Shown: in pieces, positions 28,816 through 38,615 of the stretch | Layout of the letters: every line of letters begins with the position of its first letter | Position numbering within the stretch: position 1 is the first letter of the stretch | NCBI GenBank assembly: GCA_002729885.1 | Contig: PBUB01000021.1 | Location: 36,451 to 100,450, forward strand | Length of the DNA stretch: 64,000 bases | Reading direction: 5' to 3' | DNA from: Spirochaetaceae bacterium | GTDB lineage: Bacteria; Spirochaetota; Leptospiria; Leptospirales; Leptonemataceae | Made by a program: the position numbers and the translations under genes | Notes under the pieces: model-generated | What the model saw: only the letters and a program-made list of their open reading frames with translations | Told to the model about the DNA's origin: nothing | Database searches by the model: none

Positions 28816-29412
28816 TCAGAGATCTATCTCTGGTGGTTTGGACATCTCCTCTTCGTTTTCCACTTCAAAGGTATCTTTGGTCTGGTAGCCAAAGACTTTG
28901 GCAGTCAGGTTAGCCGGAAACTGGCGGACCGTGGTATTGTAGTCCCGCACAGCATCGATAAACCGCTTCCTGGCCACGGTAATCCTGTTTTCGGTACCTT
29001 CGATCTGGGCCTGAAGATCCCGAAAATTCTGGTCTGATTTTAGTTCAGGATATCGCTCCACGGTGACCATCAAACGGCTCAATGCCTGGGTAATGTCTCC
29101 CTGAGCCTGCTGGAATTTGTTGAATGCCTGAGGATCGTTCACCAGTTCTGGAGTAGCCTGAATGCTTGTGGCCTTGGAGCGAGCTTCGATCACTCCTACC
29201 AGAACTTCTTTTTCCTGAATGGCAAAGGCTTTTACCACTTTCACCAGCTGGGGAATCAAATCCTGACGTCTTTTGTACTGATTCAAAACTTCAGCCCAGG
29301 CAGCTTTAACCTGCTCGTCTTTCATTTGAATTTCGTTGTAGCCACAGTTTGTGCCAGTGTACAACAGGGTTAATAGAGCAACCCCAAGAATGCTTTTCTT
29401 CGTTATGTTCAT
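28816..29412 (-). CDS. lemA: LemA-family protein
   Basis: MNITKKSILGVALLTLLYTGTNCGYN, then VKAAWAEVLNQYKRRQDLIPQLV...ERYPELKSDQNFRDLQAQIEGTENRITVARKRF..AV.DYNT..R.FP, the classic LemA pattern. The start is the ATG at 29412. Confidence 0.9.
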   Translation of the reverse strand: MNITKKSILGVALLTLLYTGTNCGYNEIQMKDEQVKAAWAEVLNQYKRRQDLIPQLVKVVKAFAIQEKEVLVGVIEARSKATSIQATPELVNDPQAFNKFQQAQGDITQALSRLMVTVERYPELKSDQNFRDLQAQIEGTENRITVARKRFIDAVRDYNTTVRQFPANLTAKVFGYQTKDTFEVENEEEMSKPPEIDL

Positions 29413-29479
29413 ATTCCTCGAACTCGATTGTAAGGTCGCATAGAGATTAGTGCCCTCCGAGGCAAAGGTCAACAAAAAA

Positions 29480-30424
29480 ATGCCGGAAGAACAAACACAG
29501 CAGCAAACAGGCCAGATTTTAAACACCGATAGCTTTCTGGCTCTCCGAAAAGCAATCGTGGATTATTTTGCGGCATCCATCCAGGAACTACTACCGCGAA
29601 TCATTGTTACCCTGGTCATTCTGATTGTAGTAATCTTGCTGCGATTTCTGCTCCTGCGACTGGCCAATCGCCGCGTGCGAAACCAATCCAGTAGACTCAG
29701 ATGGAGAACCAACAGCACCTATTTTGCCATTCTTGCATTTCTTGTTCTGGCATTTCCCGTATGGCTACCATCCCTTCGTTCCATTGCCACCGTTCTGGGT
29801 ATTTTTGGCGCCGGTATTCTCATCGTCTTTAAAGAGGTTTTCTTGAACCTGGCTGCCTGGTTCTATATTATGATTCGCAGACCTTTTGAGATCGGAAACC
29901 GTATTTCAATTGGTGGATTCGCCGGTGATGTACTGGATATTCGATTGCTGGAATTCGCTGTAATGGAAGTAAATCCCCGGAACCTGGGAGGCCAGAGTAC
30001 CGGACGAATTGTTCATCTACCCAATGCACTTCTCTGGACCACTCCGCTGGGAAATGCCAGCAAAGAATTCTCCTTTAACTGGAATGAAATTCGAGTACCT
30101 GTAAAGAGCACCGATAACTGGAAACGGGCAGAACAAATCCTTCGGGAAATCGCCTCCACCAGCACCGAGGATATTTCCGATTCGGATGCGCGAATTCAAC
30201 AATCGGCCAATGAATACGCGATTTCATTCTCCCGACTGCATCCAGGAATATTCCTTGAGTATCAGAAGGGTGCCGTCGTATTAACACTCAGACATCTTTC
30301 CGAGCCCAGAACCAGACGTATGACTGTGGATGCGATATGGCGACAGATTCTGGAACGATTCGGGGCCGAAGGAATCCAGCTGGATGAATCCTACGAAGAG
30401 CCTCCGGGCGATACGCATTTCTGA
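29480..30424 (+). CDS. small-conductance mechanosensitive channel (MscS family)
   Basis: Three TM helices, then RPFEIGNRISIGGFAGDVLDIRLLEFAVMEV...GRIVHLPN, the MscS beta-domain. The ATG at 29480 is preferred over the GTG at 29450. Confidence 0.8.
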   Translation: MPEEQTQQQTGQILNTDSFLALRKAIVDYFAASIQELLPRIIVTLVILIVVILLRFLLLRLANRRVRNQSSRLRWRTNSTYFAILAFLVLAFPVWLPSLRSIATVLGIFGAGILIVFKEVFLNLAAWFYIMIRRPFEIGNRISIGGFAGDVLDIRLLEFAVMEVNPRNLGGQSTGRIVHLPNALLWTTPLGNASKEFSFNWNEIRVPVKSTDNWKRAEQILREIASTSTEDISDSDARIQQSANEYAISFSRLHPGIFLEYQKGAVVLTLRHLSEPRTRRMTVDAIWRQILERFGAEGIQLDESYEEPPGDTHF

Positions 30425-30470
30425 ATGATGAGGTTTTTAACGTAGAAGCCTTTTTTTCCGGGAGTATGAA

Positions 30471-31271
30471 ATGATAAATCTAAAATGGTTCAAGAAGAAG
30501 GGATCCGAGTCCTATTCGCCCTGGAAGATAGGCATCGTAGCTTTGCCAATTGTCTTACTAGTGGTCCTTTTTTTTCTGGGAAGAAACTATGAAACAGTGA
30601 ATCCCCGGAAGGGTTCCATCGTAGAAGCTGTCTATGGGCTGGGCACTGTAACTCCCAGGCGTACGTTTACAATAAAAACCGGTGTAGCAGGTCGCATTGA
30701 GAAAATCTATGCCAGACCTGGAGACGAAGTAGATTCCAACGCACCTCTGATTCGCACAGACTCATTGCTGTTTCGCGCCCCCTTTCAGGGCGTGGTGACC
30801 AATCTGCTGTTTGAAGAAAATGAAATCGTAATGCCGGGAAGTCCTATTCTAACGATGAAAACCATGAAGGGTCATCATGTAGAACTGATCATGGACCAGG
30901 AATCGGTGCTTCGCATTCGGCCAGGACTGAAAGCAGAACTCAGCTTCGAGACACTGCGAGCCGAGAAAATACCTGGAGTGGTATCCAGAGTTTATTCCTC
31001 AGGTGGAGAATTCATTGTAGAAGTGGAATCCGAATCTATGCCGGACGAAGTCTTGCCGGATATGACAGCCGATGTAGCCATTCAAGTGGCCAGAAGAGAT
31101 GACGTGATGCTAATTCCTCAAAGGGCCGTGCAACGTGGCCAGGTGCAGGTAGTGCGAAACGGACTTCGAAAGAGAATTCCTGTGAAGATTGGCGCGGCGG
31201 ACGCAGAGTGGGTAGAGGTTCTAGATGATAGTCTAAAGATGGATGATCGCATAGTAATTCCCAGGCGCTAA
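30471..31271 (+). CDS. periplasmic adaptor (HlyD/MFP family, short form) of the ABC efflux system
   Basis: N-terminal TM. Lipoyl/beta-barrel motifs GRIEKIYARPGDEVDSNAPLI and FQGVVTNLLFEENEIVMPGSPIL. Lies directly upstream of the permease and ATPase genes. Confidence 0.7.
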   Translation: MINLKWFKKKGSESYSPWKIGIVALPIVLLVVLFFLGRNYETVNPRKGSIVEAVYGLGTVTPRRTFTIKTGVAGRIEKIYARPGDEVDSNAPLIRTDSLLFRAPFQGVVTNLLFEENEIVMPGSPILTMKTMKGHHVELIMDQESVLRIRPGLKAELSFETLRAEKIPGVVSRVYSSGGEFIVEVESESMPDEVLPDMTADVAIQVARRDDVMLIPQRAVQRGQVQVVRNGLRKRIPVKIGAADAEWVEVLDDSLKMDDRIVIPRR

Positions 31272-31274
31272 TCT

Positions 31275-32513
31275 ATGTTCTTTCTTGCAACCAGACAGCT
31301 GCTGGACAGACTTCAGCAAAGCGCTCTAACATTGATCGGCATCGCGTTGGGAACCGCCGCCTATGTGATGTTTTCTGGCATTATGCTGGGCTTTCAGGAC
31401 CAGATCATTGATCTTCTTGTAAATACCGATGCCCATATCCGCATCAGTCCCAGAGATGAGTATCGCAGTCCGGAATCCTACGAGGGAGTATTCTTTCCAG
31501 AGGATGAAGTGTTCTGGATTACGCCGCCCAGCGGGATGACCAGATCCAGAGATCTATCCAATGTTTATGGGTGGTATCAGCGACTGGAGGCAGATCAGAG
31601 AGTAGCCGCCTTTGCTCCTCAGCTCAATCTGCAGGTAATGGTGGGTAACAGCAATTATTCTGTGGCCTCGGTTTTATTTGGCATAGATCCGGAAAAGCAG
31701 AAAGCCGTAAGCAATATGGGCGAAAACTTGCTCGAGGGCTCCCTGGCAGATCTGGGTCGCGGAAATTCCCTGGCAATCATCGGCAGCAAGATGCAGGAAA
31801 ATCTGGGAGTGCAGCACAATGGCACAATCCAGATTATCTCTCCAGACGGGAAGAAAGCCAACCTCAAGGTTGTGGGAATCTATGAATTCGGGAACAGCCA
31901 GCTGGATCAGGGTTTCATTTACACGAATATAAAGACCGCGCAATCTCTTTCTGACGGCGCACGTCATGTCACCAGTATTGTAGTGCGGCTTCACGATGTA
32001 AGCGAAGCAGCCGGTGTTGCCTCTCAGTGGTCCCAGTTTACCAGAGACAAAGTAGAAAGCTGGGATCAGGCCAATGAGAGTATTCTGTCCGTTTTTCAAA
32101 TGCAGGATGTGATTCGCACATCCCTTACAGCAGTAATCATCCTGATTATCGCGTTCGGAATCTACAACATACTGAACATGGTGGTCTTCCAGAAACAAAG
32201 GGAAATCGCAATTCTTAGATCTATTGGGTTCGATTCAAGAGATACCATACAGCTTTTCTTAATACAGGGCTTTGTCCTGGGCACTCTGGGTTCCCTGGTA
32301 GGTCTGGTTATAGGATTCTTTGGCTGCCTTTACATTTCTACGATATCCATTGGCGGCGAAGACACGATCCGTCAGATGATCGTATCCTATAAGCCTTCCA
32401 TCTACATTGTGGGATTTTCCATCAGCGTCACCGCTTCGGCTATCTCCAGTTATCTACCAGCCCGTCGCGCTTCTCGTCTTCAGCCTATCGAAATCATTCG
32501 AGGTGCTGGCTGA
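31275..32513 (+). CDS. ABC transporter permease, FtsX/MacB/LolC-type
   Basis: TM1, a roughly 230-aa periplasmic domain, then three C-terminal TMs containing REIAILRSIGF. Length 412 aa. Confidence 0.85.
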   Translation: MFFLATRQLLDRLQQSALTLIGIALGTAAYVMFSGIMLGFQDQIIDLLVNTDAHIRISPRDEYRSPESYEGVFFPEDEVFWITPPSGMTRSRDLSNVYGWYQRLEADQRVAAFAPQLNLQVMVGNSNYSVASVLFGIDPEKQKAVSNMGENLLEGSLADLGRGNSLAIIGSKMQENLGVQHNGTIQIISPDGKKANLKVVGIYEFGNSQLDQGFIYTNIKTAQSLSDGARHVTSIVVRLHDVSEAAGVASQWSQFTRDKVESWDQANESILSVFQMQDVIRTSLTAVIILIIAFGIYNILNMVVFQKQREIAILRSIGFDSRDTIQLFLIQGFVLGTLGSLVGLVIGFFGCLYISTISIGGEDTIRQMIVSYKPSIYIVGFSISVTASAISSYLPARRASRLQPIEIIRGAG

Positions 32514-33211
32514 TGGATATTCAGATCCAGGGATTGATCAAATCCTTCGATAATCCGGATAAACCGGTACTCAAAGGGCTGGACCTGGAAATCAAGGCAG
32601 GTCAATTCGTTTCCATCACCGGTCGCTCCGGTTCAGGAAAATCTACGTTCCTGTATTGCGTCAGCGGTCTGGACACGATCTCTTCCGGCAACGTAACAAT
32701 CGGCGGTCGAAACATGCATACCATGGGCGATGCCGATATTCATCGCTTTCGCAATCAGGAAATGGGCTTTGTATTTCAGTTCCATTACCTGCTTCCAGAA
32801 CTAACAGCCCTGGAAAATGTGCTGATGCCAGCCCGAAAACAGGGAAAGCATCAGACTCTGGAGAAGGAAGCCCGGGCTCTCCTGGAGCAATTTGAGGTTG
32901 GACATGCGGGTAGCCGAAAACCGTCCCAGATGTCAGGCGGAGAGCAGCAACGAGTGGCCATTGCAAGAGCTTTAATCATGAAGCCATCGCTATTATTCGC
33001 AGATGAACCTACAGGAAACCTGGACTCAGTGAACGGAGAAACCGTATTGAGGATCATCGAACAGATCAATGAAATGGGTGTCACTGTATTGATGGTAACC
33101 CATGAACAGGATTACGCTGCGCGAGCCAGCCGTGAGCTGGAATTCGCCGATGGAAGAATCATTTCAGATAGGCATCATCGCATACATCATCCCAGGAAAA
33201 AGCACCACTGA
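32513..33211 (+). CDS. ABC transporter ATP-binding protein (MacB/LolD-type)
   Basis: Walker [11 protein letters not shown]-loop, signature [15 protein letters not shown], Walker [13 protein letters not shown]. The start overlaps the permease stop (TGATG). Confidence 0.92.
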   Translation: MDIQIQGLIKSFDNPDKPVLKGLDLEIKAGQFVSITGRSGSGKSTFLYCVSGLDTISSGNVTIGGRNMHTMGDADIHRFRNQEMGFVFQFHYLLPELTALENVLMPARKQGKHQTLEKEARALLEQFEVGHAGSRKPSQMSGGEQQRVAIARALIMKPSLLFADEPTGNLDSVNGETVLRIIEQINEMGVTVLMVTHEQDYAARASRELEFADGRIISDRHHRIHHPRKKHH

Positions 33212-33226
33212 TCCATTCAGACCTTT

Positions 33227-34471
33227 TTAATTATAGGGATTAAACGGATCGTCCTTCTTACCCTCATTGGGTCTCGGAAATCGTTCCCCGCCGCCAGAAT
33301 TGAAATCTCCGGATCCCGGTGCATCCGGCGCTCCACCGCCGGAAGAACCATCCGGTTTGTCCGGGGATGAGCTGCCCCGATCGGAACTTTCGCCTGTTGA
33401 GATTGACGAAGACGAAGAGGAACCGAGAGACTCTGGCGCGCCGGAATCGGCCCCGGTGGCTGTTGCAGAAATCGGACTGGAAACGAATCGGGGCTCATCC
33501 GCGTAGCCCGGCATGAGCTGTTCTTTCACAGCAGGCGTTAGAAACAGATTGGCGATTGCACCCTGGAGCACCATCATCAAGCCATAGGAAACCGGAATTA
33601 AGACGATTACCATAAGGATGATGATAAAGAATACAGCCCCGAATGCATTTTCGAATCCTGAGTCCAGAGGGTCCGGTCCGGTGCCCAGAAAAAACGTGCC
33701 AAAGAGTAAGGCAAAGTAAGGGACGCCTACCAGGATGGCCGGCACCAGAGCTATGATCATCTTCGCAAAGAATAGGCTGAACCCATGTCCCCTGGTCAAT
33801 CTCCAGGATTGAACGAATGCATCCCAGGGCCCAACTCGTAGCTCATAAACCAGTGGATACACCAGATCCAGACGAGCCATGAAGTAATGTGCTGTAAGAC
33901 CAATCAAAGTAAAGACTGCGAAAATCACAATCGAGCCCAGAACATCCTCGGAAAGACCGGCTCCCAGATCCGTTCCCAGATTGCCGGTTTCGATGACGGC
34001 CTTCAAGGACGCGGCAAACACAGCGGCAGATACAGTATAGGCGATGATGGTTACGATGAGTCCGGCCAGAAGAAATAGAAAGTACAGCAATCCTGCCAGG
34101 AACACTCCGCCAAAGTTGTTGAATGGCTTGAAAAGATCCTCGATCCTTGCCTGCCCTCGAGCAGCGCCGCTTCCATAGCTAACCATTCCTGCGATCAAAT
34201 GAGGCCACACAACGAAGCCACCGCATATTCCCAGGATATAGGCGCAGCTAAATACAATATAATGGATGAGACCGCTGGCAATCGAGACCAGAAAGGAGGA
34301 AAAGAATCCCCGGATCCCCACGCTCAGCATTTTTCCCAGAGAAAATTCGATGCCTTCCTGTACGGATCCATAGGTTTCTATGGAGGCTCTGGATACCTGA
34401 TAGGGATTCTCATGTTCTGCCATCTCGCCCAAATATCGATCCAGTTCCCATTCTTCAATTTTTTTGTACAT
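33227..34471 (-). CDS. hypothetical multi-pass membrane protein with Ser/Gly/Pro-rich C-terminal tail
   Basis: At least 6 hydrophobic helices. Low-complexity tail ...[38 protein letters not shown]. Confidence 0.65.
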   Translation of the reverse strand: MYKKIEEWELDRYLGEMAEHENPYQVSRASIETYGSVQEGIEFSLGKMLSVGIRGFFSSFLVSIASGLIHYIVFSCAYILGICGGFVVWPHLIAGMVSYGSGAARGQARIEDLFKPFNNFGGVFLAGLLYFLFLLAGLIVTIIAYTVSAAVFAASLKAVIETGNLGTDLGAGLSEDVLGSIVIFAVFTLIGLTAHYFMARLDLVYPLVYELRVGPWDAFVQSWRLTRGHGFSLFFAKMIIALVPAILVGVPYFALLFGTFFLGTGPDPLDSGFENAFGAVFFIIILMVIVLIPVSYGLMMVLQGAIANLFLTPAVKEQLMPGYADEPRFVSSPISATATGADSGAPESLGSSSSSSISTGESSDRGSSSPDKPDGSSGGGAPDAPGSGDFNSGGGERFPRPNEGKKDDPFNPYN

Positions 34472-34483
34472 CGCTCTGGGAAA

Positions 34484-35080
34484 ATGGCCGATTTACAGGG
34501 TATGGCCCCAGGAATGGATCGAATTGAGACCCGCATAAGAGACATAATGCAGAGGTTTGACCAGTTAAATCAGGTACCTCAAATTAAGCCAGATACCAAA
34601 CCGGAAGTCGGTGAAAAGACCGAGTCCGTAATGGGGACAGGCCAGGAGAGTATGCGAATGGCCCAGGCGCATCCGGGGGCCGGGCCTGGTAGCACTCATT
34701 TTCAAAAAATACTGAACGCTCTGGTTGAGGAAAAGGCCCAAGATTATGGAGTTTCTCCGGATCTGGTACGAGCCGTAATGCAGGCAGAATCCGCCGGAAA
34801 CCCGGACGCAGTTTCGCCTGCCGGTGCCCAGGGACTAATGCAGCTGATGCCAGGAACTGCCAAACTTCTGGGGGTGGATCCCACAGATCCAGTGCAGAAT
34901 CTGGACGGGGGCATTCGGTATCTGAAGGCCATGAATCAAAGGTTTCCCAATCTGGATCAAGCTCTGGCGGCCTACAATGCTGGTCCTGGAGCAGTTGAGA
35001 AATATGGCGGAATTCCACCATATAAAGAGACAATAAACTACGTTAAAAAAATTCGGGACATCCTGGATGAGAAGCATTGA
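34484..35080 (+). CDS. lytic transglycosylase (SLT domain)
   Basis: [27 protein letters not shown]...AYNAGPGAV carries the SLT catalytic Glu plus the GLMQ and AYNAG motifs. The start is taken at the ATG at 34484, because the longer ORF overlaps the opposite gene. No obvious signal peptide. Confidence 0.8.
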   Translation: MADLQGMAPGMDRIETRIRDIMQRFDQLNQVPQIKPDTKPEVGEKTESVMGTGQESMRMAQAHPGAGPGSTHFQKILNALVEEKAQDYGVSPDLVRAVMQAESAGNPDAVSPAGAQGLMQLMPGTAKLLGVDPTDPVQNLDGGIRYLKAMNQRFPNLDQALAAYNAGPGAVEKYGGIPPYKETINYVKKIRDILDEKH

Positions 35081-35090
35081 TTGACAGAGC

Positions 35091-35711
35091 ATGATCCGGA
35101 AAAGCAAAAGGCGTCTGCCGGTAATTCCTATTCTGCTCCTGGTATTTCTGGGAGCCTGCCCCGAAAACGATGATGACGCTCTGATGCTGCATCTCTACCA
35201 CTCTTTGAACGAAGAGATTGCAGATGCCGTGGACGGTACGGAAATTCCCCCAGAATATCTGGCCGCCTTAATCTCTCTGGAATCCCATCCGGCTGGAAAT
35301 CGAGACAGCAGAAGATTCGAACCCGCCGTATATGAACGTCTGATGGACCTAAAGTACTCCGGAGAGCCCTTCGGCTACATCCCAAGAAACCGAGTGCAAA
35401 ATCTGGATGACCAGAAGCTAAGGGAGCTCTCTACAAGTTACGGACTGACCCAGATCATGGGGTACCATTGCCTGGAACTGGGTTGCTCCATCGACGACCT
35501 TAAGGGCGAATTCCATCTTCTCTGGTCCGTAGCCTACATTCGAGATCATTACGGAAAGCAAATCAAAGCCAAAAACTGGGAAGCCAGTTTTAGAATGCAC
35601 AATACAGGTCGAGTGGATGGAACTACTTCCAGAAAGGACTATGTAGAGAAAGGACTTATCCGAATGCAGTACTACCGCAAATGGATCAATCAGGAAGGCA
35701 GTCTATTCTAA
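35091..35711 (+). CDS. lysozyme-like/transglycosylase-like lipoprotein
   Basis: Lipobox LLLVFLGAC. LAALISLESHP (candidate catalytic Glu) and SYGLTQIMGYH resemble the lysozyme-like superfamily. Confidence 0.5.
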   Translation: MIRKSKRRLPVIPILLLVFLGACPENDDDALMLHLYHSLNEEIADAVDGTEIPPEYLAALISLESHPAGNRDSRRFEPAVYERLMDLKYSGEPFGYIPRNRVQNLDDQKLRELSTSYGLTQIMGYHCLELGCSIDDLKGEFHLLWSVAYIRDHYGKQIKAKNWEASFRMHNTGRVDGTTSRKDYVEKGLIRMQYYRKWINQEGSLF

Positions 35712-35720
35712 GGAAAACAA

Positions 35721-35741
35721 ACCCGACCGCTCTGGTCGGGT
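35721..35741. terminator. hairpin between convergent genes (probable terminator, U-tract on minus strand)
   Basis: ACCCGACC-gctct-GGTCGGGT. The minus-strand continuation is TTGTTTTCC. Confidence 0.45.
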
Positions 35742-35779
35742 CTGCAGATTCCTGCATTCAGGGATAATATCCTCGAATG

Positions 35780-36217
35780 CTAATCTTCTTTATCGATGGC
35801 CAGGCGACCGGCACCGCGAATACTTAGTACCAGACAGTTCACCGCAATTAGAAATGGGTACTCAAAACGGACCTGGTCATCACCGGATTCCAGATTGAAT
35901 AGAAGACCCAGAGATGCTCCGTGGGCCACAAAGGCAACCCCAAAGAACCACAGGGCAATCATAAGCGCTATATCCCGCACTTTGAAGCCAAGAACAAGAC
36001 AAAGAGCCAGGGCATTCTCCACCACCAGGGTACCCAGGACTACCGGATAATTCAGCGGAGCCCGCACATAGTTGGCCTCTACCATGGCAGAAAATTCCGG
36101 GATGTGAAACAACTTGGGAACGCCATGGGCCAGCAAGAAAAGACCGGTTATCCACCTCAACAGTGTGGGTGCATAGGGTGCGTACGGTTTGGTAATATCG
36201 CGTAAAGTTCCGAGCAT
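35780..36217 (-). CDS. DoxX-family membrane protein
   Basis: LLRWITGLFLLAHGVPKLF plus 4 TM helices. The ATG at 36217 is preferred, because the TTG at 36250 abuts the upstream terminator. Confidence 0.7.
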   Translation of the reverse strand: MLGTLRDITKPYAPYAPTLLRWITGLFLLAHGVPKLFHIPEFSAMVEANYVRAPLNYPVVLGTLVVENALALCLVLGFKVRDIALMIALWFFGVAFVAHGASLGLLFNLESGDDQVRFEYPFLIAVNCLVLSIRGAGRLAIDKED

Positions 36218-36250
36218 GCCCCAGGCTAGGCGAGGCCTATCCACGTGCAA

Positions 36251-36278
36251 TAAAAAAGGGCGACCTGGGTCGCCCTTT
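36251..36278 (-). terminator. rho-independent terminator
   Basis: GGGCGAC-CTGG-GTCGCCC. A T6 run follows on the minus strand (plus-strand A6 at 36252-36257), 35 nt past the stop at 36313. Confidence 0.75.
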
Positions 36279-36312
36279 CTAAGACGCTTTGCGTCCTGGA
36301 AGTTAATCTGAT

Positions 36313-36897
36313 TTACTGGTTGATCTGAGCTTCTTCTGCCGCAGCTTCAAATGCTCTCTGTCCACCAGGGAATTTTAGATAACCAACACACTGGCAATCT
36401 TCCCAGGTTTCATTTCCGCCGGCTTCTACGCAGGTACCGGTTCTGGAATCCAGGGAGCAACAGTCATACAGACCAATCCCTTTGATTTTGCCACGAGACT
36501 GAGTCACGATAGCATAACCTGTAGATTGACCATCAGCTACTCCGGAAGCTTGTTCCAGGAAATCACCAATAATCTTGGAAAGCCCATCACCGGCCACCAG
36601 GTCACGAGCGGCACGTCGACAGGTAGTTTGCTTCATCGCAATACTTCCATTCTGGATAGCTTGCTGAGAGGCTCTAGCCGAGAACTTCAGATACAGATAA
36701 TCTTTGTTATCGTCATCGTTACAGTACTGAGCAGGGCTCAGACCTTCCAGTGCTTTAGCAGCATCTGGCGCACAGGCCCATCCTTCAAAAACCCATCCAT
36801 CGCTACCAACGGTGGTGGCATCTCGACGAGCATCTCCGTAGCTGCACGCTGAAAGAGCAAATACTGCTAAAATTGCGGGTATCAAAACTTTTTTCAT
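36313..36897 (-). CDS. Cys-rich lipoprotein (194 aa), possibly of the abundant leptospiral small outer-membrane lipoprotein class
   Basis: Lipobox AVFALSACS. Eight further Cys residues. Strong terminator downstream. Family assignment not verifiable here. Confidence 0.7.
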   Translation of the reverse strand: MKKVLIPAILAVFALSACSYGDARRDATTVGSDGWVFEGWACAPDAAKALEGLSPAQYCNDDDNKDYLYLKFSARASQQAIQNGSIAMKQTTCRRAARDLVAGDGLSKIIGDFLEQASGVADGQSTGYAIVTQSRGKIKGIGLYDCCSLDSRTGTCVEAGGNETWEDCQCVGYLKFPGGQRAFEAAAEEAQINQ

Positions 36898-36922
36898 TTT
36901 CGGAAACTCCTTACCCCAAAAA

Positions 36923-38581
36923 GTGTTCTGCCGGATGGCAGAGTCGCTATCTGGCTACAATCAGTTAGAAGAGGACACCGGTCTGCAGTTCAATTTTTTT
37001 TCATCACCTTCCGGGAAATTTTCCCAAAATAATGGTCGAAGTGCCCTCTTATTGTTTGGCATGCCGATTCTACTAATTTTCGGCATTGTACCCAACTGCA
37101 GGACAACTTCTCAATGTGAAGGATGGAATAATTTCTATCCTACCGACCTCGAGTTTAATGAAGCACTTACCAATGCCACATTAAGGGGCGCCAGTTGCTA
37201 CTCCGCCCCTCTGCCATCCAGAATTACCGATCTATCCTTACTGGATGGAGTGGACCCATATTCGGATTTAAGCCTGGAAATGGATTGTTCTGTTGATTCC
37301 AGCACGTTACAGGATCAGGCCACTCGAGGACACAGGTACGTTCGAATGCTGGATCTCAGTAGAAATGAGCCGGTAGATCTCCTGGCCAGGTTTATTCGCA
37401 CAGAATCCGGGTGCGGACTGGTGGTACGGCCACAAAAGCCATTGCAGTACGAAACTTTCTATGCCCTGTACTTAATGCGTGGGCCCGCTACAGATAGCTT
37501 CGATGAGCCCCGGGATTTCCGCAGGCTTAAATGGAAAGCGTTCAGAAACAATATCGATACGGAAACCGATGAGCTTTACCGTGATGCATTAAACCAGGCA
37601 TCCGAGCGATGGGGAACTCATCCCGATTCGTTTAGAATGATCCAGGCCTTTACTACCAGATCGTTTCGCAGCGTTAGCATTCCATCAATAACGTTGCGAA
37701 ATCAGTATTTTGCCGCTTCACAGACTCTTCGATTCATCTCTTCTCTGGATCAGTCGTCTCATCCTCTGGCAAATTTCATGCTGGATGCACACCATACGCT
37801 ACTGCAAGAAAATGCGGCGGATTTCGCTGCCCCTGGTAATTTCGCAGATCAACAGTCCGGCGAAACGCATCTACTCACCATTGCTTTGCGAAACATTCAA
37901 TCACTGAGTGGTCGCACCGGACTTCGCTCAGGATTCGCAGAAATTACAGGTGCATGCACAACGATGCCGGAGCCAGAGCTATGTAACTACCAGGAAGTGG
38001 AGCTTCCCGAATTACATCTTCGCTACATCCCTTACCTTTATTCACAGGATCTGGCCAGGTATTCTAGAATATTGATTATGCCTCTGGATGTTTTCTCTAG
38101 CGCGAATCGGGTCGAAGAAATCAAATCCTGGAGTCGCAGGCTGGCAAGCAAGTCCATCGGGCTGGTAATCTACCTGGGACCGGCTCCGGAACGCAGAATC
38201 AATGAACCAGACCATCTGCAAAAAGAGTTGCTACAAGGTGCTTTTTCTCTATCCGCACTACCGGCAAACAATGGCAGTCAGATTTCTCTTTACTGCGAAG
38301 AAACCGTATACTGTCCCATGATGGGCCTGTATTCCAGAAATGTTTCCTCCGTAGTAGGTCCTGGATCCTTTGAATACCGACCCGGCAGCATAAGACAATC
38401 CTTTCCACCACAAAGCTACAGGGCCATTCAGTTAAAACAGACAGTGATGGCTCCGTTTCAATTCCAGTCCTTTCTTCTCGACCGGAGAAAAACACTGATT
38501 GCGCTTCGTAAGAGCCAATTTCACGTTCGTAGTAGTAACGATCTGGATGCCTGGTTTCCGGCGGGAGGAGAGGAAAAGTGA
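36923..38581 (+). CDS. hypothetical protein (about 500-550 aa) with N-terminal hydrophobic segment
   Basis: Long ORF. SALLLFGMPILLIFGIVPNC is an anchor or lipobox-like segment. Start uncertain: GTG 36923, ATG 36935 or ATG 37061. Confidence 0.55.
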   Translation: MFCRMAESLSGYNQLEEDTGLQFNFFSSPSGKFSQNNGRSALLLFGMPILLIFGIVPNCRTTSQCEGWNNFYPTDLEFNEALTNATLRGASCYSAPLPSRITDLSLLDGVDPYSDLSLEMDCSVDSSTLQDQATRGHRYVRMLDLSRNEPVDLLARFIRTESGCGLVVRPQKPLQYETFYALYLMRGPATDSFDEPRDFRRLKWKAFRNNIDTETDELYRDALNQASERWGTHPDSFRMIQAFTTRSFRSVSIPSITLRNQYFAASQTLRFISSLDQSSHPLANFMLDAHHTLLQENAADFAAPGNFADQQSGETHLLTIALRNIQSLSGRTGLRSGFAEITGACTTMPEPELCNYQEVELPELHLRYIPYLYSQDLARYSRILIMPLDVFSSANRVEEIKSWSRRLASKSIGLVIYLGPAPERRINEPDHLQKELLQGAFSLSALPANNGSQISLYCEETVYCPMMGLYSRNVSSVVGPGSFEYRPGSIRQSFPPQSYRAIQLKQTVMAPFQFQSFLLDRRKTLIALRKSQFHVRSSNDLDAWFPAGGEEK

Positions 38582-38615
38582 ATCATGATTATAGACCATT
38601 CGATTCGCTCCAATC

